NCBI GenBank assembly: GCA_905233785.1
Contig: CAJOCV010000049.1
Location: 1-40,708 of the forward strand
Origin: an uncultured Oscillospiraceae bacterium
GTDB taxonomy: Bacteria; Bacillota; Clostridia; Oscillospirales; Oscillospiraceae
Length of the DNA: 40,708 bases
Reading direction: 5' to 3'
The notes under the pieces: generated by a model
The model's database searches: none
What the model was told of the DNA's origin: nothing
What the model saw: the letters and a program-made list of their open reading frames with translations, nothing else
In this document: positions 1 through 8,667 of the stretch, in pieces
How the letters are laid out: the number at the start of each line of letters is the position of its first letter
How positions within the stretch are numbered: the first letter of the stretch is position 1
Position numbers and translations under genes: made by a program

Positions 1-202
1 GACAGTCCGTAAGTACTGTAACCTCGCGCTGGGCGTCCATGAAGTCCTCGAAGAGTTTCTTTTCATTCTCGCTGAGCGAGGCCGTCAGTTCATCGCCGAG
101 CTTGACGACCCCGTCAAGAGCTTTGGCATACTGGCTGTCACGCTTGAAAGTACGTTCGTTAGGATGAATATCCCCGACATATAGATCCTCTAAAATGTGC
201 AT
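1..202 (-). CDS. small hypothetical protein, DUF6809-like (3' end runs off the window)
   Basis: ATG at 202-200 on the minus strand, open to position 1. Translation MHILEDLYVGDIHPNERTFKRDSQYAKAL...EKKLFEDFMDAQREV resembles the ILEDLYxGNIxPxE N-terminus I recall for DUF6809 proteins of clostridial mobile elements. Absent from the ORF track because it is open-ended. Confidence 0.45.
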   Translation of the reverse strand, partial: MHILEDLYVGDIHPNERTFKRDSQYAKALDGVVKLGDELTASLSENEKKLFEDFMDAQREVTVLTDC

Positions 203-214
203 CGCAGTCGCCTA

Positions 215-697
215 TTATTGTACACTCAGAGACCGGTATTCTTCTTTCAACGTTTCGATAATCCGCTGTTTTTCTTTTTGGGATAGTGACACCAGAAATT
301 GCACGATCATCAAATCCGATTTGAACATTTCACTCTGATCCTGGGATAAGGAGATCAACCGTATTGTTCGATCGACACGAGGATCATGAGATCCTATGCA
401 ATAAATGTCTGTTTTTAAGGAAGAGACCATTTGCTCAAGCTCGCCCAGCGCTTTAATCTCTTTCCCTGCCCAACTTTCATAAGTATAGGCATAAATATCC
501 GAGGGAAAAACGTGCTTTCCATCGAAGCAATTGGCATAAGGGTTGACAACCGCGAGTTCTTGATGCCAGAATTTTGTTGACTTTGCAAATCCATAGCACA
601 GTTTGATTCTCTGTTTTTCGTCTTGCATCTCTTCCAAATCAATCTTCCACATTTCAAGCAAAACAATCCCTCCTTTTATCTCGGCTTGTTTCATCAT
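215..697 (-). CDS. hypothetical protein (160 aa), element cargo
   Basis: ORF-track ORF in an AT-rich region. Same strand as, and 12 nt upstream of, the DUF6809-like gene, so probably one operon. No motif I can name. Confidence 0.6.
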   Translation of the reverse strand: MMKQAEIKGGIVLLEMWKIDLEEMQDEKQRIKLCYGFAKSTKFWHQELAVVNPYANCFDGKHVFPSDIYAYTYESWAGKEIKALGELEQMVSSLKTDIYCIGSHDPRVDRTIRLISLSQDQSEMFKSDLMIVQFLVSLSQKEKQRIIETLKEEYRSLSVQ

Positions 698-734
698 ACC
701 GCAGAGTTCTCTATCTCGCTATGAACCTATAGTT

Positions 735-772
735 CAAAAGCAGCCCACAGATTTGAAGTCTATGGGCTGCTT
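735..772 (-). terminator. rho-independent terminator after the 357-aa gene
   Basis: Minus strand reads AAGCAGCCCATAGA-loop-TCTGTGGGCTGCTT followed by TTTTGAAC. 13-14 bp stem with one mismatch, 13 nt past the stop at 785. Confidence 0.6.
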
Positions 773-784
773 ATGAGTGTTTTT

Positions 785-1858
785 TTATTCTTTGCTTTGC
801 TGTTTATTTCGTTTGCGGTTGAAGTATTGTATCTGGCTTGGTGTATGCGCCGAGCAGTATATTTTCGTATGATAACGTGGATCCACCTCGAAGATCGATC
901 CACACATAGGGCATACACGATACTTTTTATTTTTTATGAGGTCTGTATACAAGCAGAGGTATTCAGCCGTTTCTAATGTTTTTGCCATCCATTTTACTGT
1001 TCCGTTTTTTGTGCATATAGCTGGTTTTGAACCTTCCAGTGAATACTGAAGGTGTTCATCAAGCGAATCCAAGATGAGGTCTTTCAACGCTCTAACATTT
1101 CGCTTTTGAAGTATTTGTTTTATCTCACTATCAGGAAGCTTTCGACAATAGTCCCAGAATAACTCCTTGAGTTCTGAAGAAAAATCCTTATTATTCCAAA
1201 AACGCACGCAGCTTTGGCGGTATTTTTCAGTATGGTGTTGGCGAAAAACGTATTCAAATTGTTTCGTTTTTTCGGCGTTTAAATCTACAAAACCATGGTA
1301 TATCAAGCCAATATCCTCAAACACTTTTAATTTGTGTAGAGAATTATTAATACTTTGATCTCGTTTTTTTGCGATCTCCGGTATTGCTATCAGCTTTTGT
1401 GATCGTGCGAATGACCACAACGATTCAATATTAGACTTGGCAGAGCCATAGTACCGTGCTGCCTGGTACAATAGCTGAAAGACAGTTTCAATGTCCGAAG
1501 AATCAGCTGGCTCCGTATCTAAGCATGTATAATAGAGAGCTCGCATAGCGGTAATCTTTGCTGAAACACAGCGGTAGTGCTGTAGTTCGGTCTCACAATC
1601 AAGTAAATATAAAAGTCTTTCCATTGCTTGCTCACCAGTAGCTCTTCTGATTTTTGTTGAAAAGTACCGTGAGGACAAGATGCTGTTCAGCCTTTTTGAT
1701 AAACCCTGATAGCGACCCTTTGGTAGTCTTTCAGATAAAGCAGAAATAAATTCCTTTTCGCTCGAGACGAGAAAGAGCGGATCAGTATACGGTTTCCCAT
1801 TAAACAGAATTTCAGCCGTGAACGACACGCCGGACGCATCCTGATTATTTCTGGCCAT
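785..1858 (-). CDS. hypothetical protein (357 aa) with C-terminal zinc-ribbon-like CPMCG...YCSAH motif; possibly DUF6076-like
   Basis: ORF-track ORF. GGAGG (1866-1870) lies 7 nt before the ATG at 1858. C-terminus is VCPMCGSIFEVDPRYHTKIYCSAH. The family name is a recollection only. Confidence 0.65.
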   Translation of the reverse strand: MARNNQDASGVSFTAEILFNGKPYTDPLFLVSSEKEFISALSERLPKGRYQGLSKRLNSILSSRYFSTKIRRATGEQAMERLLYLLDCETELQHYRCVSAKITAMRALYYTCLDTEPADSSDIETVFQLLYQAARYYGSAKSNIESLWSFARSQKLIAIPEIAKKRDQSINNSLHKLKVFEDIGLIYHGFVDLNAEKTKQFEYVFRQHHTEKYRQSCVRFWNNKDFSSELKELFWDYCRKLPDSEIKQILQKRNVRALKDLILDSLDEHLQYSLEGSKPAICTKNGTVKWMAKTLETAEYLCLYTDLIKNKKYRVCPMCGSIFEVDPRYHTKIYCSAHTPSQIQYFNRKRNKQQSKE

Positions 1859-1875
1859 AATAGAACCTCCGTGAT

Positions 1876-1907
1876 AAAGGCAATAGCTAAAACCGCTATT
1901 GCCTTTT
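1876..1907. promoter_or_regulatory. perfect 12-bp hairpin in the divergent control region
   Basis: AAAGGCAATAGC-taaaacc-GCTATTGCCTTT, immediately 5' of the RBS of the 357-aa gene on the minus strand. Confidence 0.4.
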
Positions 1908-1948
1908 CTGATTTTAGAAGGACTTACCGCGAAACATGTGCATGAAAA

Positions 1949-2048
1949 TTAATAGGTCTTGTCCATACCGTAAGCTTATTCAATTGGTTTTTAATAGGTC
2001 TTGTCCGAATTTAATTATTAATTTAACACGCTATAATAGGTTTCGTCA
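1949..2048 (+). repeat. three phased direct repeats (TTAATAGGTCTTGTCC), candidate operator or arm-type sites
   Basis: Identical 16-mers at 1949-1964 and 1991-2006, plus a degenerate third copy ATAATAGGTTTCGTCA at 2033-2048. The 42-bp spacing is constant. The third copy overlaps a TATAAT box at 2032-2037. Confidence 0.55.
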
Positions 2049-2115
2049 ATACACAGTTTGTGTTTATATACAGTCTCTGTTGTTAATCCAAGTTTAATCA
2101 ACGAATGTTTGGAGG

Positions 2116-2352
2116 ATGTGCAACGTGATTTCATTTTTGCGTAATTATGATGGCTATCCCGATGCTTTGGAGGTGTGGCAGGCTGCACTGATTTTGCGTG
2201 TCGCGCAAGACACGGTGCGGCGTCACATAAGAACAAGGAAGATCTTGGCGTATCGAATAGGTCGAGGATACATCATACCAAAATCAGAGCTACGATCATA
2301 TATTTTGGCACACGCTTCAAAAAAGGAGGGTACTGCTGATGAGAACCGTTAG
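2116..2352 (+). CDS. excisionase-family (MerR-like HTH_17) DNA-binding protein
   Basis: LEVWQAALILRVAQDTVRRHIRTRKILAYRIGRGYIIPKSEL is a typical excisionase-type HTH. GGAGG at 2111-2115 abuts ATG 2116, so the in-frame GTG at 2125 may be the true start. Confidence 0.7.
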   Translation: MCNVISFLRNYDGYPDALEVWQAALILRVAQDTVRRHIRTRKILAYRIGRGYIIPKSELRSYILAHASKKEGTADENR

Positions 2353-2602
2353 TACATTATCTATAAACATCAAAGCAACTGGTAGAAAAATCGCAACTGT
2401 TAGGGAAAGCGCAGGCTTATCTGTTGCAGATTTACAACAGATTCTGGGCTTTGAGGCTCCGCAGGCCATATACAAGTGGCAACGCGGCGAATCATTACCT
2501 AAATTGGATCATCTTGTGATTGTGGCTGAGGTTTGCCAAGTTCCTTTGGATGATCTAATTGTGCTATCGATAAATTCTAAAACAAAAGGAACCGAGGAAT
2601 AA
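2339..2602 (+). CDS. XRE-family helix-turn-helix transcriptional regulator
   Basis: IATVRESAGLSVADLQQILGFEAPQAIYKWQRGESLPKLDHLVIVAEVCQVPLDDLI is a classic HTH_3 pattern. GGAGGG lies upstream. Overlaps the preceding gene by 14 nt. Confidence 0.8.
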   Translation: MRTVSTLSINIKATGRKIATVRESAGLSVADLQQILGFEAPQAIYKWQRGESLPKLDHLVIVAEVCQVPLDDLIVLSINSKTKGTEE

Positions 2603-2854
2603 TGCAAGGAGAACCGCTTTTACCCGACCTATATCGTCAATTCGTAATTGCCGGCCTGGCCTACGAATCGCCGTACTGGGATTACATTTCCTGTACCGGG
2701 GAAATTGATGCGCTGGACGAAGAAATCGTTCTTCTATGGCACAAGCATATTGCAAGTAGTATCAGAACCAATTAGTGAGCTACCCAAAGCTAAAGCACTT
2801 GAGGAGGGCATTTTAGGCTGCTCCGCATGGTTGAGAGACAAAAGAGAAAACAAG

Positions 2855-4105
2855 ATGAATGATAATGTTATTGATTCCTTAAACAACGCCCTGTATACAG
2901 ATGAGAGTGCTATCCTTGATTTTCAAACACCACAAAGCATCAATCCATATACCGTAGAACGTGCACTGATCGAACGAAAGGGCGAACTCACCCCCTGCTA
3001 TCTTGTCCTGCGTGATGGAATTCCCGCCACCGCAATCAACAAACACTTGCTGGTGAAGCAGGCAAAATACGCCCACCCGTGTTCGACCCCGGCATATGTG
3101 ATCGAAGATTTTTTAAATACCATGGACTCATACGGGCTCAGCATCGAAGAGATTACGCGTGGAAACATTTACGATTATCTCAGCGAGGCATATGTAGAAG
3201 ATGGCAAAGCATACAAAACCATTCTTTCCTACATCACGCATATCGGAGATCTGTTTGACGATCTGCAGATTCACGGTTTTCAGCTCCACCCTTCACTTCT
3301 CACGACAGACAAGCACGCGTTCTACGTGATTAGGAACAAAAAAGCAAAGCGGCATATTACAACGATCCCGCTGATGCGCGCCGAGTTCATTCCGAACAAA
3401 AACGCCGCCTTAAGCAGCGGCATGATCAGCTATACCAAATGGTACACGAAAGAACAGATCCTGGCCATTCAGGCAGAACTGTCTCCCGTCTATCGCTGCA
3501 TTTTCTTGGACACCGTTACGACGGGACATCGCGTAGATTCGGCACTTTCCATCACACTTCAGTCGATTAACATGAGGGAACATTGGATTATGCCTACCCG
3601 TACTAAGACCGGCCGAAACCACAGGGCCTTCTTGCCCGAATTCTTGTCCGAGCAAATATATACCTATCAAATTGAAGACCGCGCTGCCATCGTTCGAAAA
3701 ACCGGCACCGACAGCCAGTTTCTGTTTCTTGGGAGAAACGGAAAGCCTGTGACATATGCCGCCTACCGTGCTGCCCTGCAAACAGCCGCAAAAAAAGTCA
3801 GGACAATTCACCCGGAACTTGGCCTCACAGAAGTTCACACTCATGCCGGTCGTTCGACGTATGCTGCTGCCCTGCGCAGCTATCAGAAATCCCAACAGGC
3901 AAAAGGGATCCCTACTTTTACCGATGACGATTTCTGCAAATTGATGGACTGGGCAAGCATGCAGTGTCTGGATAACTACGATATCCTCACCCGCACTCAA
4001 GACCTTTCTCCGCTCGTAGAGAAGTTTCAAGATGGGTTTTTCTCATTTTTAGATAGAAGCAGTTTGACACCATTGGAGGGATCCACTTGCACAAAATCGA
4101 AGTAG
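2855..4105 (+). CDS. tyrosine recombinase/integrase 1 of 3
   Basis: Motifs TGHRVDSALS (Arg), HTHAGRSTYAAAL (H-x-x-R) and C-terminal LDNYDIL (candidate Tyr). Start placed at ATG 2855 (MNDNV...). The ORF-track extension back to 2648 has no convincing RBS. Confidence 0.8.
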   Translation: MNDNVIDSLNNALYTDESAILDFQTPQSINPYTVERALIERKGELTPCYLVLRDGIPATAINKHLLVKQAKYAHPCSTPAYVIEDFLNTMDSYGLSIEEITRGNIYDYLSEAYVEDGKAYKTILSYITHIGDLFDDLQIHGFQLHPSLLTTDKHAFYVIRNKKAKRHITTIPLMRAEFIPNKNAALSSGMISYTKWYTKEQILAIQAELSPVYRCIFLDTVTTGHRVDSALSITLQSINMREHWIMPTRTKTGRNHRAFLPEFLSEQIYTYQIEDRAAIVRKTGTDSQFLFLGRNGKPVTYAAYRAALQTAAKKVRTIHPELGLTEVHTHAGRSTYAAALRSYQKSQQAKGIPTFTDDDFCKLMDWASMQCLDNYDILTRTQDLSPLVEKFQDGFFSFLDRSSLTPLEGSTCTKSK

Positions 4106-6330
4106 TCCATGAAGAACGTCTCACTATAACACTAAAAATTGACGGCAAATATGTTTGTTTCACCCGCAAAGGGAATCCGGACGTGGTTTACTCTGCCACT
4201 ATGATTTCGGACGATCTTAGCCATTTGCTCGAAGCCACTGCATCCAGCCAACCTCTTTGTGAAATATCCTTCCATCTCGCTGGAACGAACATCATTCGAT
4301 TGATTGATGTATTCTGCATCGATGCTGCGCTGCAATCATGGCGGAAATACGCTGAAGCTACAATAGACGCTTACGCCAACGTAAGGGAGATATTCTATCA
4401 ATTCCTTGGCTTCAAGGTCAGCCATCATTTGAAAGGTAGTACCTTCTGTGCTGAGGCAAAGAAGATTGGGGAAGTCTGCAAAAGGGAGAAGATCTTACAA
4501 GTCTATCACGATGACCGTTACTTCAACAGTGATAGCAACAGAATCTTCAATTCAGAAAAGGGGCGGTCTGCAAGAAATATTCAGCGGCAGGAGCCTTTTG
4601 ATGCGAACGGCATTCGTGTTGAGTTTCGGCGCCAGGATGCCATACATTTCGTTTTTCTCATTAACGGAATCGAGGTTCCGTTGTCCTTGTCGAGAACAAC
4701 TCGTTCTCTGACGCCCAAAAAACTATATGACATAATCATCAAAACCAGAGACAATCTTTTGAAGTTTGATTTCTATAGCCTTGAGAAACTCGCTCAAGAA
4801 GCAGGTGGAAGAACTGTTCTTTGCATCATGCTCGCATTGTACAAAAGTGAGTCAATTCTATTCTTAACTGAATCGTTTAGGTGGATATATAAAAACTATC
4901 GCCGCGTCCCGTTCCCTCGCAAGATGCTGAAAACCACGTTCCACTGTTCTCTGAACAACATCGATGGCGTGGGCGAATTTCTTGGTACACTTGAACAGCT
5001 CATCCCAGAAGCAGAACAATATCTGCTCGATACAACCAATGCTGAAATTGGAACTGATAAGCCCACTTGGGTGCTGTTTGAATCGAAGCCGGGAGGTATA
5101 AAAACAATCACTATTAAATTCAACTTTGGGTCGCCTTTGGATCAGGAGCTTCGAGACTATCTCCGCGATGCAGCAGAACCTGGGATCAAATCAAGGGTTC
5201 CTGTTGCTCTGTTTTTGCTGAACAAATGGACAAATATTCGCAGATCTCTTGAGGCTCTTGAGAAGTTGGGTATACATATCAGTTCAATCGCGGATCTGAA
5301 GCCCGCAGATTGTTTAAGCCTTCAAAGTTTCTTTGCGCAGACTTCAAATCTGGATAATAAAACGCAGAGAACAAGCTTGTTGGAAACCAAAGCCTTTTAT
5401 CAGTTTACTGCCGATCAATATGGTCTCGCTGAGAAGAGTCCGTTTGATTATATTCATCTCCCAAGAAAAGGCGAAGGAAAACACACTCTGCCAATTACGG
5501 ACGAGGCGCTGAGAACCATAGAGGATAAAATCGCTCCGTTGCCGATGTGTTTTCGACTGGCTTTTTGTGTTGCCGTACTTACAGGCGCACGAGCCTTATC
5601 TATCTGTTCTCTGACCAAAAATGCGCTTGTAAAAGAAGACGGTGTCTATTATCTGATCATCTTCCACAACAAAACTGCTATCACCCATACAAATCAAAAC
5701 AGACCAAATTTTACAAAACACCAAGTTGATCAAGACTTTGCTGTTTCGCTCCTCGAATTTATCAGCGATACCGAGGATCTTCGTAGGCAGTTAGATACTC
5801 CTTACATTTTTGTCTATCAGGCTCTGGGACTTCGTGAAGGTTCTCGGCGGAAACCCAAAGTGCTCACGCATTCCGCCTTTGCCGACAAGATTGAGCAGTT
5901 GCTCGATGGGGTTCCACTTTTCCACACAGACGGAACGCCAGTTCGCTGCAACTTCAAGAGCATCCGCGCAGCGGTTGGACATGCCTTGTTTTTAAAAGGC
6001 AATACAGCCGAAGATGTTGCTCGGATGCTCGGAAATACACCACAGGTTGCTGCTACGCATTACAACACCATGGGTGCACGCGAAGAAGCAGAACTCTATA
6101 ATCAACACTATAATGCCACATTTGCCGGATCACGCGCACAGATTGAGCAGCGCCATAAGGCTTCTACAGATCTGGTCCACTTTCCGAGCAACAGCCCGTC
6201 GCAACCCGTTATGTACGGTAACTGTGAAAGCGATAATAACGAACACTGCAACAAAAACGACTGCAATAACTGTCAGCAGCGAATCGTATGCCGAGAAAAA
6301 GGCCAGAGCAAAAAGGAGGCTTGTATTTGA
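4087..6330 (+). CDS. large tyrosine recombinase 2 of 3 (747 aa) with Cys-rich C-terminal tail
   Basis: LTGARALSI (Arg), FHNKTAI (Lys), SIRAAVGH and AATHYNTM (His-Tyr). TTG start 6 nt after GGAGGG (4075-4080). Overlaps recombinase 1 by 19 nt. Tail is CESDNNEHCNKNDCNNCQQRIVC. Confidence 0.8.
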   Translation: MHKIEVVHEERLTITLKIDGKYVCFTRKGNPDVVYSATMISDDLSHLLEATASSQPLCEISFHLAGTNIIRLIDVFCIDAALQSWRKYAEATIDAYANVREIFYQFLGFKVSHHLKGSTFCAEAKKIGEVCKREKILQVYHDDRYFNSDSNRIFNSEKGRSARNIQRQEPFDANGIRVEFRRQDAIHFVFLINGIEVPLSLSRTTRSLTPKKLYDIIIKTRDNLLKFDFYSLEKLAQEAGGRTVLCIMLALYKSESILFLTESFRWIYKNYRRVPFPRKMLKTTFHCSLNNIDGVGEFLGTLEQLIPEAEQYLLDTTNAEIGTDKPTWVLFESKPGGIKTITIKFNFGSPLDQELRDYLRDAAEPGIKSRVPVALFLLNKWTNIRRSLEALEKLGIHISSIADLKPADCLSLQSFFAQTSNLDNKTQRTSLLETKAFYQFTADQYGLAEKSPFDYIHLPRKGEGKHTLPITDEALRTIEDKIAPLPMCFRLAFCVAVLTGARALSICSLTKNALVKEDGVYYLIIFHNKTAITHTNQNRPNFTKHQVDQDFAVSLLEFISDTEDLRRQLDTPYIFVYQALGLREGSRRKPKVLTHSAFADKIEQLLDGVPLFHTDGTPVRCNFKSIRAAVGHALFLKGNTAEDVARMLGNTPQVAATHYNTMGAREEAELYNQHYNATFAGSRAQIEQRHKASTDLVHFPSNSPSQPVMYGNCESDNNEHCNKNDCNNCQQRIVCREKGQSKKEACI

Positions 6331-7877
6331 ATACACTCAAAAAAACTGCATCTGAAGAAGCCATCCCCCATCTGATAATTGTAGATGGCGGAGGTGAACA
6401 GCCTGCTTTCGCCGAACGAGATATTAACCACATGCAAACCATTCTCTCCCAGTTCTCCGAAAATAAGCTCATGGATGACAAGTGGCAGATTCGAATTTCA
6501 TCATCGATACGTCAGACAAGTGTACTCTTCCCGGCATTGCCTCGTATGATTGATATTCTTTTGATTCGTGCCCTTGTTTTGCAGATGCTTTCTTATGCAT
6601 CCTCTTCCATTGGCCGTGCTGTCAAAGACGCTGAATGGATCCTTGGCTTCTTTAGTGATCATCATATTTACATCGAGAACTGTCGAACGGCAGTGGTTGA
6701 CCTCATTATCAAAGAATTGGATCGTACTGCTGATTTCTCTGTGATGCAAAAGAACTCGATTATGACAACACTTGGCACCATGATCGAGCTTTGTGAGGGA
6801 TTCGGTTTGGTCGCGGGGACAGGCATTGTAGATTGCAGCTACCGGTGGAAGGATACCCGGTTTCCAAAGCGGGCTACGGATGCCTGTGTAATCGAGCAGC
6901 TCGACTCCTATTTCTTCGATCCCATAATCGACATTCCACTGCAGTATCGCACGGTATATATGCTGTTGCGCCTTATCAGCAATCGGATCAGTGAAGTGCT
7001 GTTCATGCCTATCGACTGCCTCATTTATCCGGATATTGATACATATTCCATCAGCATTCCGACGCAGAAGGCTACACCCTATCATGTTCCAAAGTATAAG
7101 CAGTATCCTAAGAAGCTGTCCGGAATTGAAGAAGGTCTCTTGCACCGCTGTCTCTGCGAACTCCAACAATATGCTGAAAGTCAGCAGAACCACCTTCCCT
7201 GTCAGCACCAGAACCTTCTGTTCGTTTCTCCAACCGGAAACACCATCGTCACAACATCTGATGTCAACGACTATTTCAAGGACATCTGTGTGAAGTACCT
7301 CATCAAGGACTCTTCTGGAAACCAGGCTATCATTACTACGCATGATCTGCGTCATACCGCTGTTGTGGAACGTTTTAAATACGGGGTCATCTCTCCATAC
7401 CAAACTATGCGTGAGAGCAATCACAGCAGCCTCTCGCAGACGTTAGGCTACAGTTACGCCTCTGTACATGATGAAACGGAAAAGTTCACGGAGATCTCTG
7501 AGGAGGTTCTAAGCAATTTCCTACTCTTGCCTGCATCTGGTGAAGTCAAGCCGCGCGAGCTCGCGACAAAGAAGTTCCTTGCTCTGAAAGAAGATCCAAA
7601 CACACGGCTTCTGTTAGACGGCTCCATCTGTCTAAATCGATCGTGTGTGCCAAGCTTTGAGGCCTGCTCCGACTGCGAAGACTTCCATGTTGATCCTATG
7701 TACCAGGAAGCCTTGGAAAGCTACATTGCCCTTCTCTCCGATAGATCTCAGATGCTCAGAAGCAAGGGTGGTAATCCAGATACGATTGCTTTTATCGAGC
7801 ACCAAGTTGAAGTCTATACGAAAATGCTGAACAAAATCAAACGTTGCGCAGAGAGCGCGGAAAGAAAGGTTAGCTAA
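6327..7877 (+). CDS. tyrosine recombinase 3 of 3
   Basis: SNRISEVL (Arg), IPTQKAT (Lys), THDLRHTAV (H-x-x-R) and LGYSY (Tyr). Start proposed at TTG 6327, 7 nt after GGAGG (6315-6319) and overlapping the upstream stop as TTGA. The ORF track's ATG 6288 is an in-frame alternative without an RBS. Confidence 0.78.
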   Translation: MNTLKKTASEEAIPHLIIVDGGGEQPAFAERDINHMQTILSQFSENKLMDDKWQIRISSSIRQTSVLFPALPRMIDILLIRALVLQMLSYASSSIGRAVKDAEWILGFFSDHHIYIENCRTAVVDLIIKELDRTADFSVMQKNSIMTTLGTMIELCEGFGLVAGTGIVDCSYRWKDTRFPKRATDACVIEQLDSYFFDPIIDIPLQYRTVYMLLRLISNRISEVLFMPIDCLIYPDIDTYSISIPTQKATPYHVPKYKQYPKKLSGIEEGLLHRCLCELQQYAESQQNHLPCQHQNLLFVSPTGNTIVTTSDVNDYFKDICVKYLIKDSSGNQAIITTHDLRHTAVVERFKYGVISPYQTMRESNHSSLSQTLGYSYASVHDETEKFTEISEEVLSNFLLLPASGEVKPRELATKKFLALKEDPNTRLLLDGSICLNRSCVPSFEACSDCEDFHVDPMYQEALESYIALLSDRSQMLRSKGGNPDTIAFIEHQVEVYTKMLNKIKRCAESAERKVS

Positions 7878-8306
7878 ATGGAAACAGAGAGTAAAAATAC
7901 CTTTACAAACCTTAGTAACCATCAGAAGGAAATGCGCGCAGAAATGACACAAAGAGTTCTCAACGCTCTGGAATACTTTGATGAGTGCGGGATAAAAGCG
8001 ACAATGAAAGCGCTTGCTGAACACATAGGATGTCATGTGAACACTCTCAAGCAGCCATATATACGCGAACTTCTGAACGAGCGCAAATGTGCACCCAAGA
8101 AGCCGGATCTTGAGACTGAAAACCGTCTTTTGAAAGAGCGCAACAGTAAACTCGAAGAGAGACTGGCTCATTCTCTCAATCACAATGCGAGACTGCAACA
8201 AGAGAAGGAAACTGCGAAGAAGCGAGCAGATGAATATGAATACAAGTACAGATGTCTTCTTGGTAAATACCAAATTGAGGTTGGGAAGAAAAATCCTCAC
8301 ATTTAA
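7878..8306 (+). CDS. TnpC-like (DUF6262-like) coiled-coil protein
   Basis: 142-aa ORF starting directly after the recombinase 3 stop (TAAATG). N-terminal HTH-like segment (IKATMKALAEHIGCHVNTLKQ) followed by a charged coiled coil. Its position matches tnpC of Tn554-type modules. Confidence 0.55.
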   Translation: METESKNTFTNLSNHQKEMRAEMTQRVLNALEYFDECGIKATMKALAEHIGCHVNTLKQPYIRELLNERKCAPKKPDLETENRLLKERNSKLEERLAHSLNHNARLQQEKETAKKRADEYEYKYRCLLGKYQIEVGKKNPHI

Positions 8307-8314
8307 CGCCAAAA

Positions 8315-8353
8315 GTAATAGCCGTCACATGTTTAGCATGTAACGGCCATTAC
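8315..8353. terminator. bidirectional terminator-like hairpin at the end of the recombinase operon
   Basis: GTAATAGCCGTCACATG-tttag-CATGTAACGGCCATTAC, 17-bp stem with 2 mismatches. Followed by TTTCTG on the plus strand and by CTTTTGG on the minus strand. Confidence 0.5.
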
Positions 8354-8530
8354 TTTCTGTCACGTACAGAACGCCGGCTTTCCGCCAATTCTTAGCAGAT
8401 GTTCTTTACAAAGACAACAAAGGAAAGGACAATAATGATTCCAAAGACATATAACAATCAAACCATTGAAATTACTTGGTTATCTCTTTATTGTCCATTT
8501 TTTGATGCCTTTGTTTCTTCACATCTTAAT

Positions 8531-8590
8531 GGTCGAACTCCCGGCTTCCACATCCCAAATGTGGCGCCCTACCAACTGGGCTACACCCGG
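8531..8590 (-). pseudogene. tRNA-Pro(UGG), 5' ~60 nt only, truncated after the T-loop
   Basis: Minus strand reads CCGGGTG-TA-GCCC-AGTTGGTA-GGGC-G-CCACA-TTTGGGA-TGTGG-AAGCC-GGGAG-TTCGACC. That gives the acceptor 5' half, a paired D stem, a paired anticodon stem with anticodon TGG and G37, and the 5' T-stem plus T-loop. The next bases (ATTAAGATG) cannot form the 3' T-stem or acceptor strand. Confidence 0.65.
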
Positions 8591-8667
8591 CTATTGTCAA
8601 AAGGAACACGCTCCGAGCTCCTTCGCTCGCGCAACGAATGACAAGAGAGGAAAATCTCGGCTCGCAT

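Larger units (their letters stand above)
1..8530. mobile_element. integrative/transposable element of Tn554-like or recombinase-trio type; left end lies outside the window
   Basis: Contiguous AT-richer block relative to secA and downstream. Carries an excisionase HTH, an XRE regulator, three tyrosine recombinases and a TnpC-like gene. The right edge is set where tRNA-Pro homology stops (8530/8531). Confidence 0.7.

Noticed and set aside
2648-2854. Upstream in-frame extension of recombinase 1 to 485 aa
   Set aside because: It has a non-ATG start, no RBS and an N-terminal sequence without integrase SAM-like features. The ATG at 2855 is the more conservative choice, though the true start remains uncertain.
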